Position numbers and translations under genes: made by a program | The notes under the pieces: model-generated | Database searches by the model: none | The model's input: the letters and a program-made list of their open reading frames with translations, nothing else | What the model was told of the DNA's origin: nothing | Part shown: positions 1-10,700 of the stretch, in pieces | Numbering within the stretch: the stretch's first letter is position 1 | Layout: each line of letters opens with the position of its first letter | Source of the DNA: an uncultured Methanocellaceae archaeon | GTDB lineage: Archaea > Halobacteriota > Methanocellia > Methanocellales > Methanocellaceae | Assembly: GCA_963769045.1 (NCBI GenBank) | Contig: CAVYKK010000029.1 | Coordinates: 24,211-88,210 of the forward strand | DNA length: 64,000 nt | Direction of reading: 5' to 3'

Positions 1-1
1 C

Positions 2-3000
2 AACGAGGTCTGGAACCAAATCTATACGACCTACGGCCTGGGATCCGGAAGCAGCCTTGTACCGGAAGACGACGGCGGATTCACCGTTGCCGGCGAGGGC
101 CCGACCGGCCTGATAACTGTGACACGGACGCATGCCGACGGCTCGGTCAACTGGACCACAGCGCTTGCGGACACTAACGGCAACGATCCGGGCATCGCGC
201 ACACTGCGGATAGCGGCTATGTGGTCGTCGGCTCGCGATCGTTCTACAGGAATTCCGGGGGCTTTTCCGGCTCGTACCCGAACGTATACCTGGCGAAACT
301 CAACCCCGATGGCACCTGGGCATGGGAGAAGACCCTGGGCTTTTTCCTCGCGCCACTATGGCAGACCTATCCCTCCCATTGTGCCGGACACGCCGTCCAA
401 CAGACCGATGACAGCGGATATGTCATTGCGGGGTGGCTCGATCTGGTAGGCATGGCCGGCGACCAGTACCTGATAAAAACGGACGACAATGGCAACTTCC
501 AGTGGAATTCGACCTACGGCGAAGACGGCATCGATGACGGCGGACGGTCAGTCCTCCAGACGGCGGACGGCGGCTACCTGGTCATCGGTTACACATGGAC
601 AGAGAACGCCGAAGGCGACCCGATCGAGAACGCCTTGTTGACCAAATGGTCGTCCGGCGGCGTCAGGGAATGGTACAAGACCTACACAGGCTACAATTAT
701 CGGACTACAGGCGACTCGCTGATATCCGATGGCAACGGCGGCTTCATTATCGCCGGGCAGACGACTACTCCAGACGGGGTCAACCGTCCCTACCTGATCG
801 GTGTGGATGAGAACGGCGATTCCATATGGGAGGCGGTGCTTAACTTCAGTATTCTCGATCACCTGTCCGTCGCGCCGGCCGGGGGCGACGACTTCGTCAT
901 CGGCGGCTCCAGGGCGGACGGTTCCGGCAACAACGAGGCTTTCATGATTAAGATCGGCGTGTCGACCTCTACGCCGCTGCCCATCCACAACAGCCGTTCC
1001 GGGCTCAGCTACAACACCATCACCGAAGCGATCACGGCAGCAGAGGCAGGCGACACCATCGTCGTTGACAGCGGCACCTACGTGGAGAACGTAGAAATTG
1101 ATAAGGCGCTGACGCTGACGGGCCGCAACACGGGTGCGGGCCTGCCGAAGGTGGACGCCTCGGGCTATGACTACGCCATTTACGTCGGGGCGGACGGTTC
1201 CACGGTGAGCGGCTTCAATGTGACCAATGCAGACGCCGGCATCGAGGTCGGCGCAAGCCATGTCAGTGTGACAGGAAACCTGGCCATCGGCTGCACCGAG
1301 TACGGTATCACCCTCGACGATGGCACGCACTATAATTTAGTGACGGACAACACGGTCTGCTGCCCGGACGCCGACGGCATCATGCTGACGGGCACGACGA
1401 ATCATAACGATGTGACGGACAACACGGTCACGGGCAATGCCTATGGGATCCGCCTGTACTACTCGGGCGGCACCATTCCCGTCTACAATAACATCACAGG
1501 CAATGATCTCAACCTCAACGAGGTCGGCATAAGGCTTCAGAATGTTTATTATAACAATATCACGGACAACGTGATCAGCGGCTGCGACTACTCGGGTATA
1601 GAGCTTACTTCGTCCAGCTACAACAACCTGACGGGTAACGCCATAACAGATAGCGCCGGCGGCATTTACACGTACTCATCCTACGAGAACACCTTTGCCG
1701 CGAATAGCATTACAGGCAACACGAACGGCATAACCCTCGAAGGCTCGAACGGGGTCCTGACCGGGAACGTGCTCGCCGGTAACAACGTCGGCATATACCT
1801 CAAGTATTGCTCGGACACCGTGGTCTGGCTGAACAGGCTGAGCAACACCCTGAACTTCAAGATCGACGGCACTGGCACCAACTTCTGGAACTCCTCGACG
1901 CTGAGAGGATACGAGTATAACGGGAACCACTTCGTAAGCTATGTCGGCAACTACTGGAGCGACTATTCGGGCCCGGACAGCGACAACGACGGCATCATCG
2001 ACACGGTCCGAACGCTGGCATCCGGCAACGTCGACAGGTACCCGGTGCTCCTGGCATTCCCCGCCACCACCACGCCTGCTGTGGCCCTGCCTGTACTGGA
2101 GTTCAGCGTGGCCTCAGCTACCGCCAACGAGGGCGCCACCGCTCACATCATGCTGCACCGCACCGGCGATACGAGCGATTATTCGTATGTCAAGGTCTCG
2201 TACATCGGCGGCACCGCTATCCGGGGCGTGAACTACACGTTCGCCAACGTGACGATCACCTTCGAGCCCGGCCAGGCAGACTCCGGCTTCGACGTCGGCC
2301 TGCCCTCCAACGGCGTGATCGAGGCAGTCGACACCTACGTCAACTTCAGCCTCTCCGATCCGAGCAATGCTATTATCGGCCCTCAGGCGAAGTTCAACCT
2401 CACCATCCATGACACCACCGTACCTGCGGAAAACACGCCGCCGGTCACAGTCTGTACGCTGACCGGTACGGCAGGCATCGGCGGCTGGAACACCAGCAAC
2501 GTCGCGGTGGACCTGGATGCGTCCGATGCGGGAGGCAGCGGCGTCGCGAACGTGTCCTACAAGCTGGACAGCGCTGCGTGGATCACCACCAGCGGCTCGC
2601 ACGTCACGTTCACGATCACCACGAACGGCATCCACACGCTCCTGTACAACAGCACAGACGCGGCGGGCAACCGCGAGGCCGCGAAGACAAAGACCATCAA
2701 GATCAACAAGGTGTTCTACCCGGTCTCGCTCTCACCCGCTAACGGGACGAGCGACGTGTCGCTTAATGCGCAGGTCCGGGCAACCTTCAACGCTCAGATC
2801 GGGCTCGCCCCGGTCACCATCACGCTGGAGGACCAGGCAGGCCACCGGGTCCCGGGAACCGTCTCAAAATCAGGCAAGGTGCTGACCTTCACCCCGCGTG
2901 ACCCGCTGGCCAGCCTGACCGAATACACGGCCACCCTCTCCAGCACGGAAGAATCGGTGCCCGTGGCCTATACGTGGATCTTCACGACCATGGCCCCCGA

Positions 3001-3451
3001 CGAGGCCAGTATCGTCGCGATCGATGGCCCGGATCCTCTGGTGATCGACGAGGAACACCTGCAGCCGTTCACGCTGACCGTGACCGTCAGGAACATGGGC
3101 CTGGACACGTGGAAGGCCGGTAACCACCTTGTCTTCTTCAACGCGTTTCGGTCGGGCGACTACTGGAACTACGGCAACGGTACCCCGAATTTCCCGGACC
3201 AGTTCTACGGGTGGGACTTCCAGCTGACCTCGGGACCCTCGTCCTCGGTCGGGCCGGGCCAGGACGCGACGTACACCTTCGCGGTGACGCCCACGACCGA
3301 AGAGTACGGTAACCTGTCGATCGGCCTGTGGATGCGGGCATCGAACGGCCACTACTTCGGCGATATGGCCATTTACCACCCCGAGGTGCGCCGGCCGGCC
3401 TTAGGTGCTACAATCCTCAAGATCGATGGGCCGGAAGGAGATGTATTATAA
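2..3451 (+). CDS. N-terminal visible segment of a giant surface protein (5'-truncated by the window): beta-propeller-like repeats, NosD/CASH parallel beta-helix, Calx-beta, Ig-like domains
   Basis: The frame is open from base 2. It carries 'GYVIAG/GYLVIG' propeller repeats, 'TITEAITAAEAGDTIVVDSGTYVENV' plus Asn-rich beta-helix repeats ending 'GNYWSDYSGPDSDNDGIID', Calx-beta 'ITFEPGQ' and SbsA/Big_5-like 'VSLSPANG'. It continues by a +1 shift into the next segment. Confidence 0.85.
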   Translation, partial: NEVWNQIYTTYGLGSGSSLVPEDDGGFTVAGEGPTGLITVTRTHADGSVNWTTALADTNGNDPGIAHTADSGYVVVGSRSFYRNSGGFSGSYPNVYLAKLNPDGTWAWEKTLGFFLAPLWQTYPSHCAGHAVQQTDDSGYVIAGWLDLVGMAGDQYLIKTDDNGNFQWNSTYGEDGIDDGGRSVLQTADGGYLVIGYTWTENAEGDPIENALLTKWSSGGVREWYKTYTGYNYRTTGDSLISDGNGGFIIAGQTTTPDGVNRPYLIGVDENGDSIWEAVLNFSILDHLSVAPAGGDDFVIGGSRADGSGNNEAFMIKIGVSTSTPLPIHNSRSGLSYNTITEAITAAEAGDTIVVDSGTYVENVEIDKALTLTGRNTGAGLPKVDASGYDYAIYVGADGSTVSGFNVTNADAGIEVGASHVSVTGNLAIGCTEYGITLDDGTHYNLVTDNTVCCPDADGIMLTGTTNHNDVTDNTVTGNAYGIRLYYSGGTIPVYNNITGNDLNLNEVGIRLQNVYYNNITDNVISGCDYSGIELTSSSYNNLTGNAITDSAGGIYTYSSYENTFAANSITGNTNGITLEGSNGVLTGNVLAGNNVGIYLKYCSDTVVWLNRLSNTLNFKIDGTGTNFWNSSTLRGYEYNGNHFVSYVGNYWSDYSGPDSDNDGIIDTVRTLASGNVDRYPVLLAFPATTTPAVALPVLEFSVASATANEGATAHIMLHRTGDTSDYSYVKVSYIGGTAIRGVNYTFANVTITFEPGQADSGFDVGLPSNGVIEAVDTYVNFSLSDPSNAIIGPQAKFNLTIHDTTVPAENTPPVTVCTLTGTAGIGGWNTSNVAVDLDASDAGGSGVANVSYKLDSAAWITTSGSHVTFTITTNGIHTLLYNSTDAAGNREAAKTKTIKINKVFYPVSLSPANGTSDVSLNAQVRATFNAQIGLAPVTITLEDQAGHRVPGTVSKSGKVLTFTPRDPLASLTEYTATLSSTEESVPVAYTWIFTTMAPDEASIVAIDGPDPLVIDEEHLQPFTLTVTVRNMGLDTWKAGNHLVFFNAFRSGDYWNYGNGTPNFPDQFYGWDFQLTSGPSSSVGPGQDATYTFAVTPTTEEYGNLSIGLWMRASNGHYFGDMAIYHPEVRRPALGATILKIDGPEGDVL

Positions 3452-4735
3452 CCCCGACACTGAACACCTTTACAGTGACCCGGACTACCACCCGTCGTAC
3501 GTCCTGAACATCACGGTCAGGAACACGGGAGAGGCGAACTGGCCGCTCGGGATACAACCTCACATTCTTCGATCCGCTGAACGACCCGTCCGAGCGTAAC
3601 GCTTACCTCGACCGGCCGCAGTCGCCCGACCAGTTCATGGGCTGGAAGTTCGAGCAGACATCATCCCCGTCAGGCCTGGTCAGGCCCGGGGACACCGTCA
3701 CCTACAAGTACCTCGTGTACCCGGACCGGCCGCAGCGCAGCAACTGGAAGATCGGCTTCTGGATGAACGACAGCTACGGCAAATGCTTCGGTAACAAGAG
3801 TTACTTCACGACGTGGCTCAACGCTGCCATGAACGATGCGCGAGGCCGTATCGGTGACCAGCCCGCCGCAGATGCTGGCCGGCCGGGAGTACCGGATCAC
3901 GGTGCAGATGGAAAATACCGGACAGATGCCCTGGTTACCTGGCTACGACCTCATCTGCTTCGACCCGACGACGATCGACCCCATGGGAGGCGACGCACAG
4001 CGAGAGCCACTTCAGGGACTGGGTCGTCGAGCCGATCGCAGCACCTGCAGGCAAAGTCAACCCGGGAGAGACCGGCACCTACACGTTTGTCGTCGTACCG
4101 GACCGGGAGTCCATCGGAAAGGTCGAGCTGGGCTTCGTCATGAGCGACCTGCTCAACAATAACTTCGGGAATGTCGCCGGGGCATACACGATGATCAACG
4201 GCAGCGCGCAGCGCCCCGCTGATCACGGCCGTCTCGCCGGCCAACGGGTCGGAGGGCGTCGGACCCGCGGACGACTATCGAGGTGACCTTCGACCGGGTA
4301 ATGGACAAGGAATCGCTTCGCTCCGCGTTCCTGGTCATGGATGATTCCAACACGCGGGTGAAAGGAGAGATATCTTACGATGGCAGCATGGCTACGTTCG
4401 CGCCTGCCGAAAAGCTGGACTACTCCCGGACCTACAGGGTGACCGTCAACGGCGCCTGCGACCGGAACGGTAACCTGGCCCCCGGGCCCTACGTCTGGCA
4501 GTTCAACACGACCGACCGGGCAGCCGTCGTCCAGTTCCACAGCCCATCGGGTACGGGCGAGTTTGGCGACACCATCAGCATCGTTGTAGACCGGACGGGA
4601 GACGTTTCCGGCACGACGTCCTGTGTGGTCAGCACCCAGTTTGCGTACACAGGCTTTACCTTCGAACCACGCCTGCCCGTCACGCTGACCTTTGCCCCCG
4701 GCGAGACCTCGAAGACCATCGAATTCCAGTACTGA
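3441..4735 (+). other. Frameshift-riddled middle segment of the same giant surface protein (repeats of an Ig-like domain, one SbsA Ig domain, start of a Calx-beta domain)
   Basis: Coherent protein is recovered by removing one base near 3435, 3551, 3840, 4001, 4218, 4261 and 4727. For example 'NITVRNTGEANWPLG-YNLTFFDP...PDQFMGWKFE' parallels 'TVTVRNMGLDTWKAGNHLVFFNA...PDQFYGWDFQ' upstream. Confidence 0.75.
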
Positions 4736-7700
4736 CGCTGAATTCCCCGCCACGGTAGCGACACAGTCCTATTTAACGCTCTCGGATGTCAAAGGAGGCA
4801 CACCAGGAAAGCAGCAGCGGTTTAACCTCACGGTCCCGCGTACGCTCATCTCCCTGGTGAACGGCGACGTTTTACCCGGCCAGACCGGCTATATTAAAGT
4901 CAGGCGGAGCGGAGACGTCTCGGGGACGTCATCCTGCGAGCTCAACCTGGGCACCGGGACGACAGCGGAGTCATACCGGTACATTTCGCATATGCCCCTG
5001 ACTGTGACCTTCAGCCCCGGCGAGACCGAGAAAGAGGTTGCTGTGATCGATGCGGTCGAACGCGAGACTACGAGCGGCGACTACTACATGCCGTTCATAC
5101 AGGTTAACGCGAGCGATGCTGTCGGCGCCACAGTCCTCAGTGCGCCGTACAACTCCGGGCACCTGACGCTGTACGATCTCGATTTCGGGACCCACTACAG
5201 GTTCGTGGGCAGTGCGATCACCATAAACGAAGGTTCCGAACTCCTGGTGACCCTGCAGCGCCAGAACTGCAACCTGGCTTACTATGATACCTGTAACGTC
5301 TACATCATCAACCAGACCACGTACCCGAACGACTACCAGGCCAACGTGCCCGGGCAATTCCGGTTCGAGCCCGGCCAGACCGAGCTGACGATCGTCGTCC
5401 AGGTTGGCCCGGATGGCGATTCCGAGGGCATGGAATACATCGTGCTCGGGATACTGGAGGAGCCTTCGGCCCAGTACAAGATCAATATCGCGGACACGAG
5501 CGCGGGCTCATATCTGGACATCGACGGCCCGGCCGAAGGCTGGGAAGGCGAAACCATCCCGCTCCGCATCACGAAGGCAATGGGCTATAACGTCCAATCG
5601 TCGTGCGTCCTGTCCGTCGTGGGCGGCAACGCCTCCTCGCCGGAGGACTACACGATGCCTTCGCCGGCCATCGTCACCTTCCCGGCGGGCACCTCCCATG
5701 ACGATCAGTCCCGGATGCAGTTCGTGAACATTGCCCTGGTCCACGATGACCTGGCCATGGGCGACAGGACGATCGTCTTCAAGCTGACGGATGTCGTGAA
5801 CGGCATGGCCATTGGCGGCCCGTACACCTTCACGATCCGGGACACGGAGATTTGCCACATCGGCTTCAACGCGACGGACATAGATGCCGGTGAAGGCGAC
5901 GTCATCCAGCTGAACCTCACCCGGGAAGGCGGCGACCTCTCGCAGCCCTCCGGCTGTGTACTTTCGTTCAAGGACGGCACGGCCGTCCCGGCCGATTACA
6001 CGTCGTCGATGCCGCTGCCGGCCACGATCACCTTCGCTCCCGGCGAACGATCTAAGCTGGTCAACATCACCTTAAACGCGGATCATGCCACCGAGGGCGT
6101 CGAGTATGCCCGGTTCGGCCTGTCCGAGTTCAGCAACGCGCTCCCCCTCGACGACGAGATCCAGGTAATGATCCGGGACAACAGCGAATATCCCACCCAC
6201 ATCAACTTCTACTACGTCGAACCGCCCGTCTATGGGACCCTGCTGAGCGTCGAGAACGGCGGCAGGTACATGTGGGAAGGCGAGACGGCCCACATCAGGC
6301 TGGTCAGGACGGGAGATGTCTCCGGGACGTCGTCCTGCCTGGTCTCACGAGTCGGCGGTCTGGCCAACTCCAATCTGTACTCGGCAGCGCTGCCGGCCAC
6401 TGTGACCTTTGGCCCGGGCGAGACTGTCAAGACCATAGATATTATCGTCAATAGTCTGCCTGATTACTTTACCGATCCCCCGGAGACCAGTTCCGTCATA
6501 CTGGGCTTGAGCAGCCCGGTGAACACGGACTTACCGCACAGCCAGTTCACGGGAAGCTCCGTGAACGCCACGTACTTCATCGTCGATACGGGCGTCCATC
6601 CCTACATCGGGTTCAGTGGCGTCAACACCACGACGGGCGAGCGGTCGACGGTTAATCTCGAGATACAGCTGCACTACGCAGGCACCAACCCATACGTCAA
6701 TGAGCTGTTCCTGAGCCGGTACGGGGGCACGGCCGATGCTGCGGACTATACGGTAAGCAATCCGTTCAAGTTCGCGGCCGGATCCCGGGAGCTGACGGCA
6801 CCGGCCTACATCGTGGGCGACCACGTCGCCGAAGGCGACGAGTACCTCATCCTGAAGCTCGCGGCCGACGACTTCCGGACCACTTACGACAACGTATACC
6901 GGATAGACATCAAGGACACGAGCAGTGACGGCACCATGCCGGCAGTCAATGGAGTGACCCCGGCGGATAACTTCGCCGACGTCGACCCGTCGGCGCCGGC
7001 CATTTCGGCCACCTTCAATAAGTACATGGACCAGGCGACCGTACGGGGCGGGTTCATCCTCCGGGACAGCATGAACAGGCGGGTCGCGGGCACGGTCACC
7101 TATAGTGACAGCACCCGGACCGCGGTCTTCACGCCGGACCAGACTCTGGCCAGCGGTGCGAGTTATACCGCCTACCTGACCGGCATCCGGGACCTGGATG
7201 ATAACATCCTGGCCACGTACACCTGGAAATTCACCACAGTCCATGCGCCGGTAACGCCGGTAATGCCGGCGGTCGTCTCGACCAGCCCGGCCAGCGGCGA
7301 TTCGGATGCGCCGCGGGCTGCAGATGTCACCGTCACCTTTAACAAGGCAATCGTCGCTGCATCGCTCCGGCTCAGCGACAGCCAGGGGCTTTCGGTGTAC
7401 GGCGCGATGACCGTCACCGACAAAGTGCTCACGTTTACGCCGGACGTAGCGCTGGCGGCCGAAGAGGAGTACCACGCCACCGTGGATGGAGTCATCGACA
7501 CAGAAGGATACCATATGGAGGGTGACTATCAGTTCACGTTCACCACCGGCGGCCTCCCGGCCGTTGCCTTCACGGCGCCGGGGGCGACTGCGAACGAGGG
7601 CACTACCCCGCACGTCATGCTATACCGCTCAGGGGACACGAGCATTGAGTCAAGTGTCCTTGTTACCGATATCGGCGGCACCGCCGTCCGCGGCAAGAAC

Positions 7701-10700
7701 TACACGTTCGTACCGGTCAGGATTACCTTTGAGGCCGACCAGGCATACGCGGGCTTCGACGTAGGCCTGCCTGCCAATAGTGTCACTGAGCTGACGGATA
7801 CGTACGTCAACTTCAGCCTGTCCTCTGCGGTCAATGCCACGCCGGGTGACCAGGTGAAGTTCAACCTGACGATCCACGATGCCACCGTGCCAACGATCGT
7901 CTCGACCAGCCCGACAGACGGCGCGACCGGCTGCATCGCGGGCATCGTGCCTGTGATCACATTCAGCAAGCCGGTGACCAACGTCACGTTCCAGCTAAAG
8001 GATAGCTTCAATAGTGTGATAGCCGGCACGGCGAACGTCTCCGGCACGACCTTCACCTACGTCCCCGTGGAGCCGCTCAAGTACGGCACGAGCTACACGG
8101 CAACGGTCTATGACGCGACGGATTCGGGCGGCCGACACCTGACGGCTGTGTACACATTCGCGTTCTCGACGGGCACGTCCCCGACCCTTATCATCACGTT
8201 AGACCACGACTCGGTGAATGAAGGCTCGCAGTGCCAGATCACCGTGCTAAGGGCCGGCGATCTGTCGGGCGTCTCGACGTGTTTGCTGGATAGTAACGAC
8301 ATGATGTACGACTATTTGTACAACGATTTCACATCGACCCCGACGATACCGGCGACCCTCACCTTCACGGCCGGCGAGGCACAGAAAGTGATCAACATTT
8401 CCATCACAGCTGACAACATGACCGAGGGCACCGAGGAGGGCGCCTTCCGGCTGCGGTCGGCGACGGGTGCGAGAATCGGCACGCCTGACCACGTGACCCT
8501 GACCATCTATGACACGAGCACCGAGCCGTCCCTCATCGGCTTTGCGAACGACGGGGCCACGGCCTTCGCGGGCAAAGGCTCCGGGATCACGCTGTCCCGC
8601 AGCGGCAGCATCGACAAGCCGGCAACGGCCGTGCTGCAGATCACCGGCGGCAACGCCGTCGAGGGACGGGATTACACCATCAACAGTCTCGTGGTCAACT
8701 TCAGCAGCTACCAGAGTAAAGCCGGGCCGTCCCTGTACGTGACGTCCAACGTAACCGGCCTGGACAAGTATGTGAACTTCACCATCGTCAACGTGACCGG
8801 GGGCGATTTCGGCCGGCAGACCCGGTTCAATTTAACGCTGGCAGGCACGTCCTACATACCCTCCGTCCAGTTCAAGGCGGCATCGGTTCAGATGGATGAG
8901 GGCAACTACACGACCGTAAACCTGGTCAGGACCGGGCTCTCCAGCGTCGACTCGGCGGTGATCGTCTACGCCTCGGGCACGGCGGATAGCAAAGATTACG
9001 CTTACCCGGCCTTCCCGCTTGACGTTACGCTATACAAAGGCCAGTATAACTCGAACTATTCGTTCCAGATCTACCTGAACCCCGACTACAGGACAGAAGG
9101 CCCGGAGACCCTGGTGCTGTTTATTGTGGCCCAGTCGAACGCCATCATTGGTCCCGTGTCGACCTTCACCATTTATATCAACGACACGACAACCAACTAC
9201 ACGAGGCCGATACGCAATTTACACAGCGGGATCACCTATACCAACCTGAGCCTCGCAGTCTCCGCAGCCCAGAAGGGGGACACCGTCGAGATCGACAGCG
9301 GCGTCTATCTGGTCGAATCCCTCGACATCAACGGGATCTTCCTCGTCGGCCGGGACACGGGCCGCGGTCGCCCGCTGATCATCACGTCCGAAGAGTCCAG
9401 TTTGAAGGACGGAGGCATCGACGGAGTCGACTTAGACTACCCCGACGGTTCCACGGTTTACGCGGACAGCGTCCTGCATGTCGACGGCTCCTCGGCCAGC
9501 ATAAAGAACTCAAACATCAACAGCAGCACGACATGTATCTACCATTTTGTGGTGCTCGAAGAAGATGACCTGCACCTGACCATCGAGAACTGCACCCTGA
9601 ACAGCGGTGGCCGCTCGAGCATTAACTACGATACTAGCGGTACGATGACCGGTTCGACCACCATCAGGAACTGCACCATCAGCGGTGCCGGTGTCCGGCT
9701 CTCGTGGGCCCATAATGTCACGATCGACCGGTGTGTGCTGTCGGGGGCAAACCTGACGTTGTCCGGGACGGACGGAAACACGATCCGGGATAGCCGCATA
9801 ACCGGCGGAGAGATCCAGCTGCTGAGCACTTACACGACAGTGATCAGCAACGTCACCGTCCTGCGCAGCCCCTACAGCGGGCTCCTGGTCGATGGCGGCT
9901 GGGATTTGACGGCGACCGGCCTGGCCGTGTACGACTCGGCCACCGGCATCAGGCTTGTGGACATCTACCACAACGCCACCATCGCGGACAGCCTGATCGC
10001 CCGCGCGGACGGCGACGGCCTGCAACTGGAGAACAGCGAGCAACTGACCCTGATCAATACCAGCGTGATCGACTGCGCGACCGGCGTCCGGCTTCTGGCC
10101 GGCAGCGGTAACAACACGTTCTACCTCAACCGGTTTGCCAGCGCTGTCAATGCGCTCCAGGTGAACACGAGCAACAAATGGAACACCTACGGGCCAATGA
10201 CCTACCAGTACAGCGGGCGCACGTACACCGGAAACCTGGGCAACCAGTGGAACAACTACCCGGGCAGCGACGCCAACGGCGACGGCATCGGCGATACGCC
10301 GTACCTCAGCGGCACGATCCGGGATAGCTACCCCATGGTCAGCCAGTCGGCTATCAGCTTCGAAGACAACGGCCCGGCCATAATATCCGTGTCGTGGGGC
10401 TTCGACGGGCAGAACGACTTCAGGGTCTCGGACTCGATCCGTGTAGATTTGGACAGGGACATTGTCGGATCGGCGCTCCAGGGCGTGTCTGTAAAAGACA
10501 GCGGTAACCGGCAGGTCGCCTGCGACATCAGCTACCGGAAATACTTCTATGGCGATCAGTGGGATTACTATCTCTACTTCGAACCGCAGAGCGATCTGGC
10601 CTACGGACAAACCTATACCCTGACCATTTCCGGCCTGGTCGACCTCCTCGGCAGCAGGATGGCAACGCCCTACATCGTCTCCTTCACGACCGAGACGAAC

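Noticed and set aside
3430-4735. Programmed frameshifting, phase variation or Sec/Pyl readthrough in the giant gene
   Set aside because: The sites lack long homopolymers or slippery heptamers, and homology continues in a different frame rather than through the stop. Similar indels hit a housekeeping gene, which favours sequencing error.
2090-7890. Diversity-generating retroelement template/variable repeat pair in the giant gene
   Set aside because: The duplicated segments are both in-frame Calx-beta domains with general divergence, and no reverse transcriptase is present in the window.
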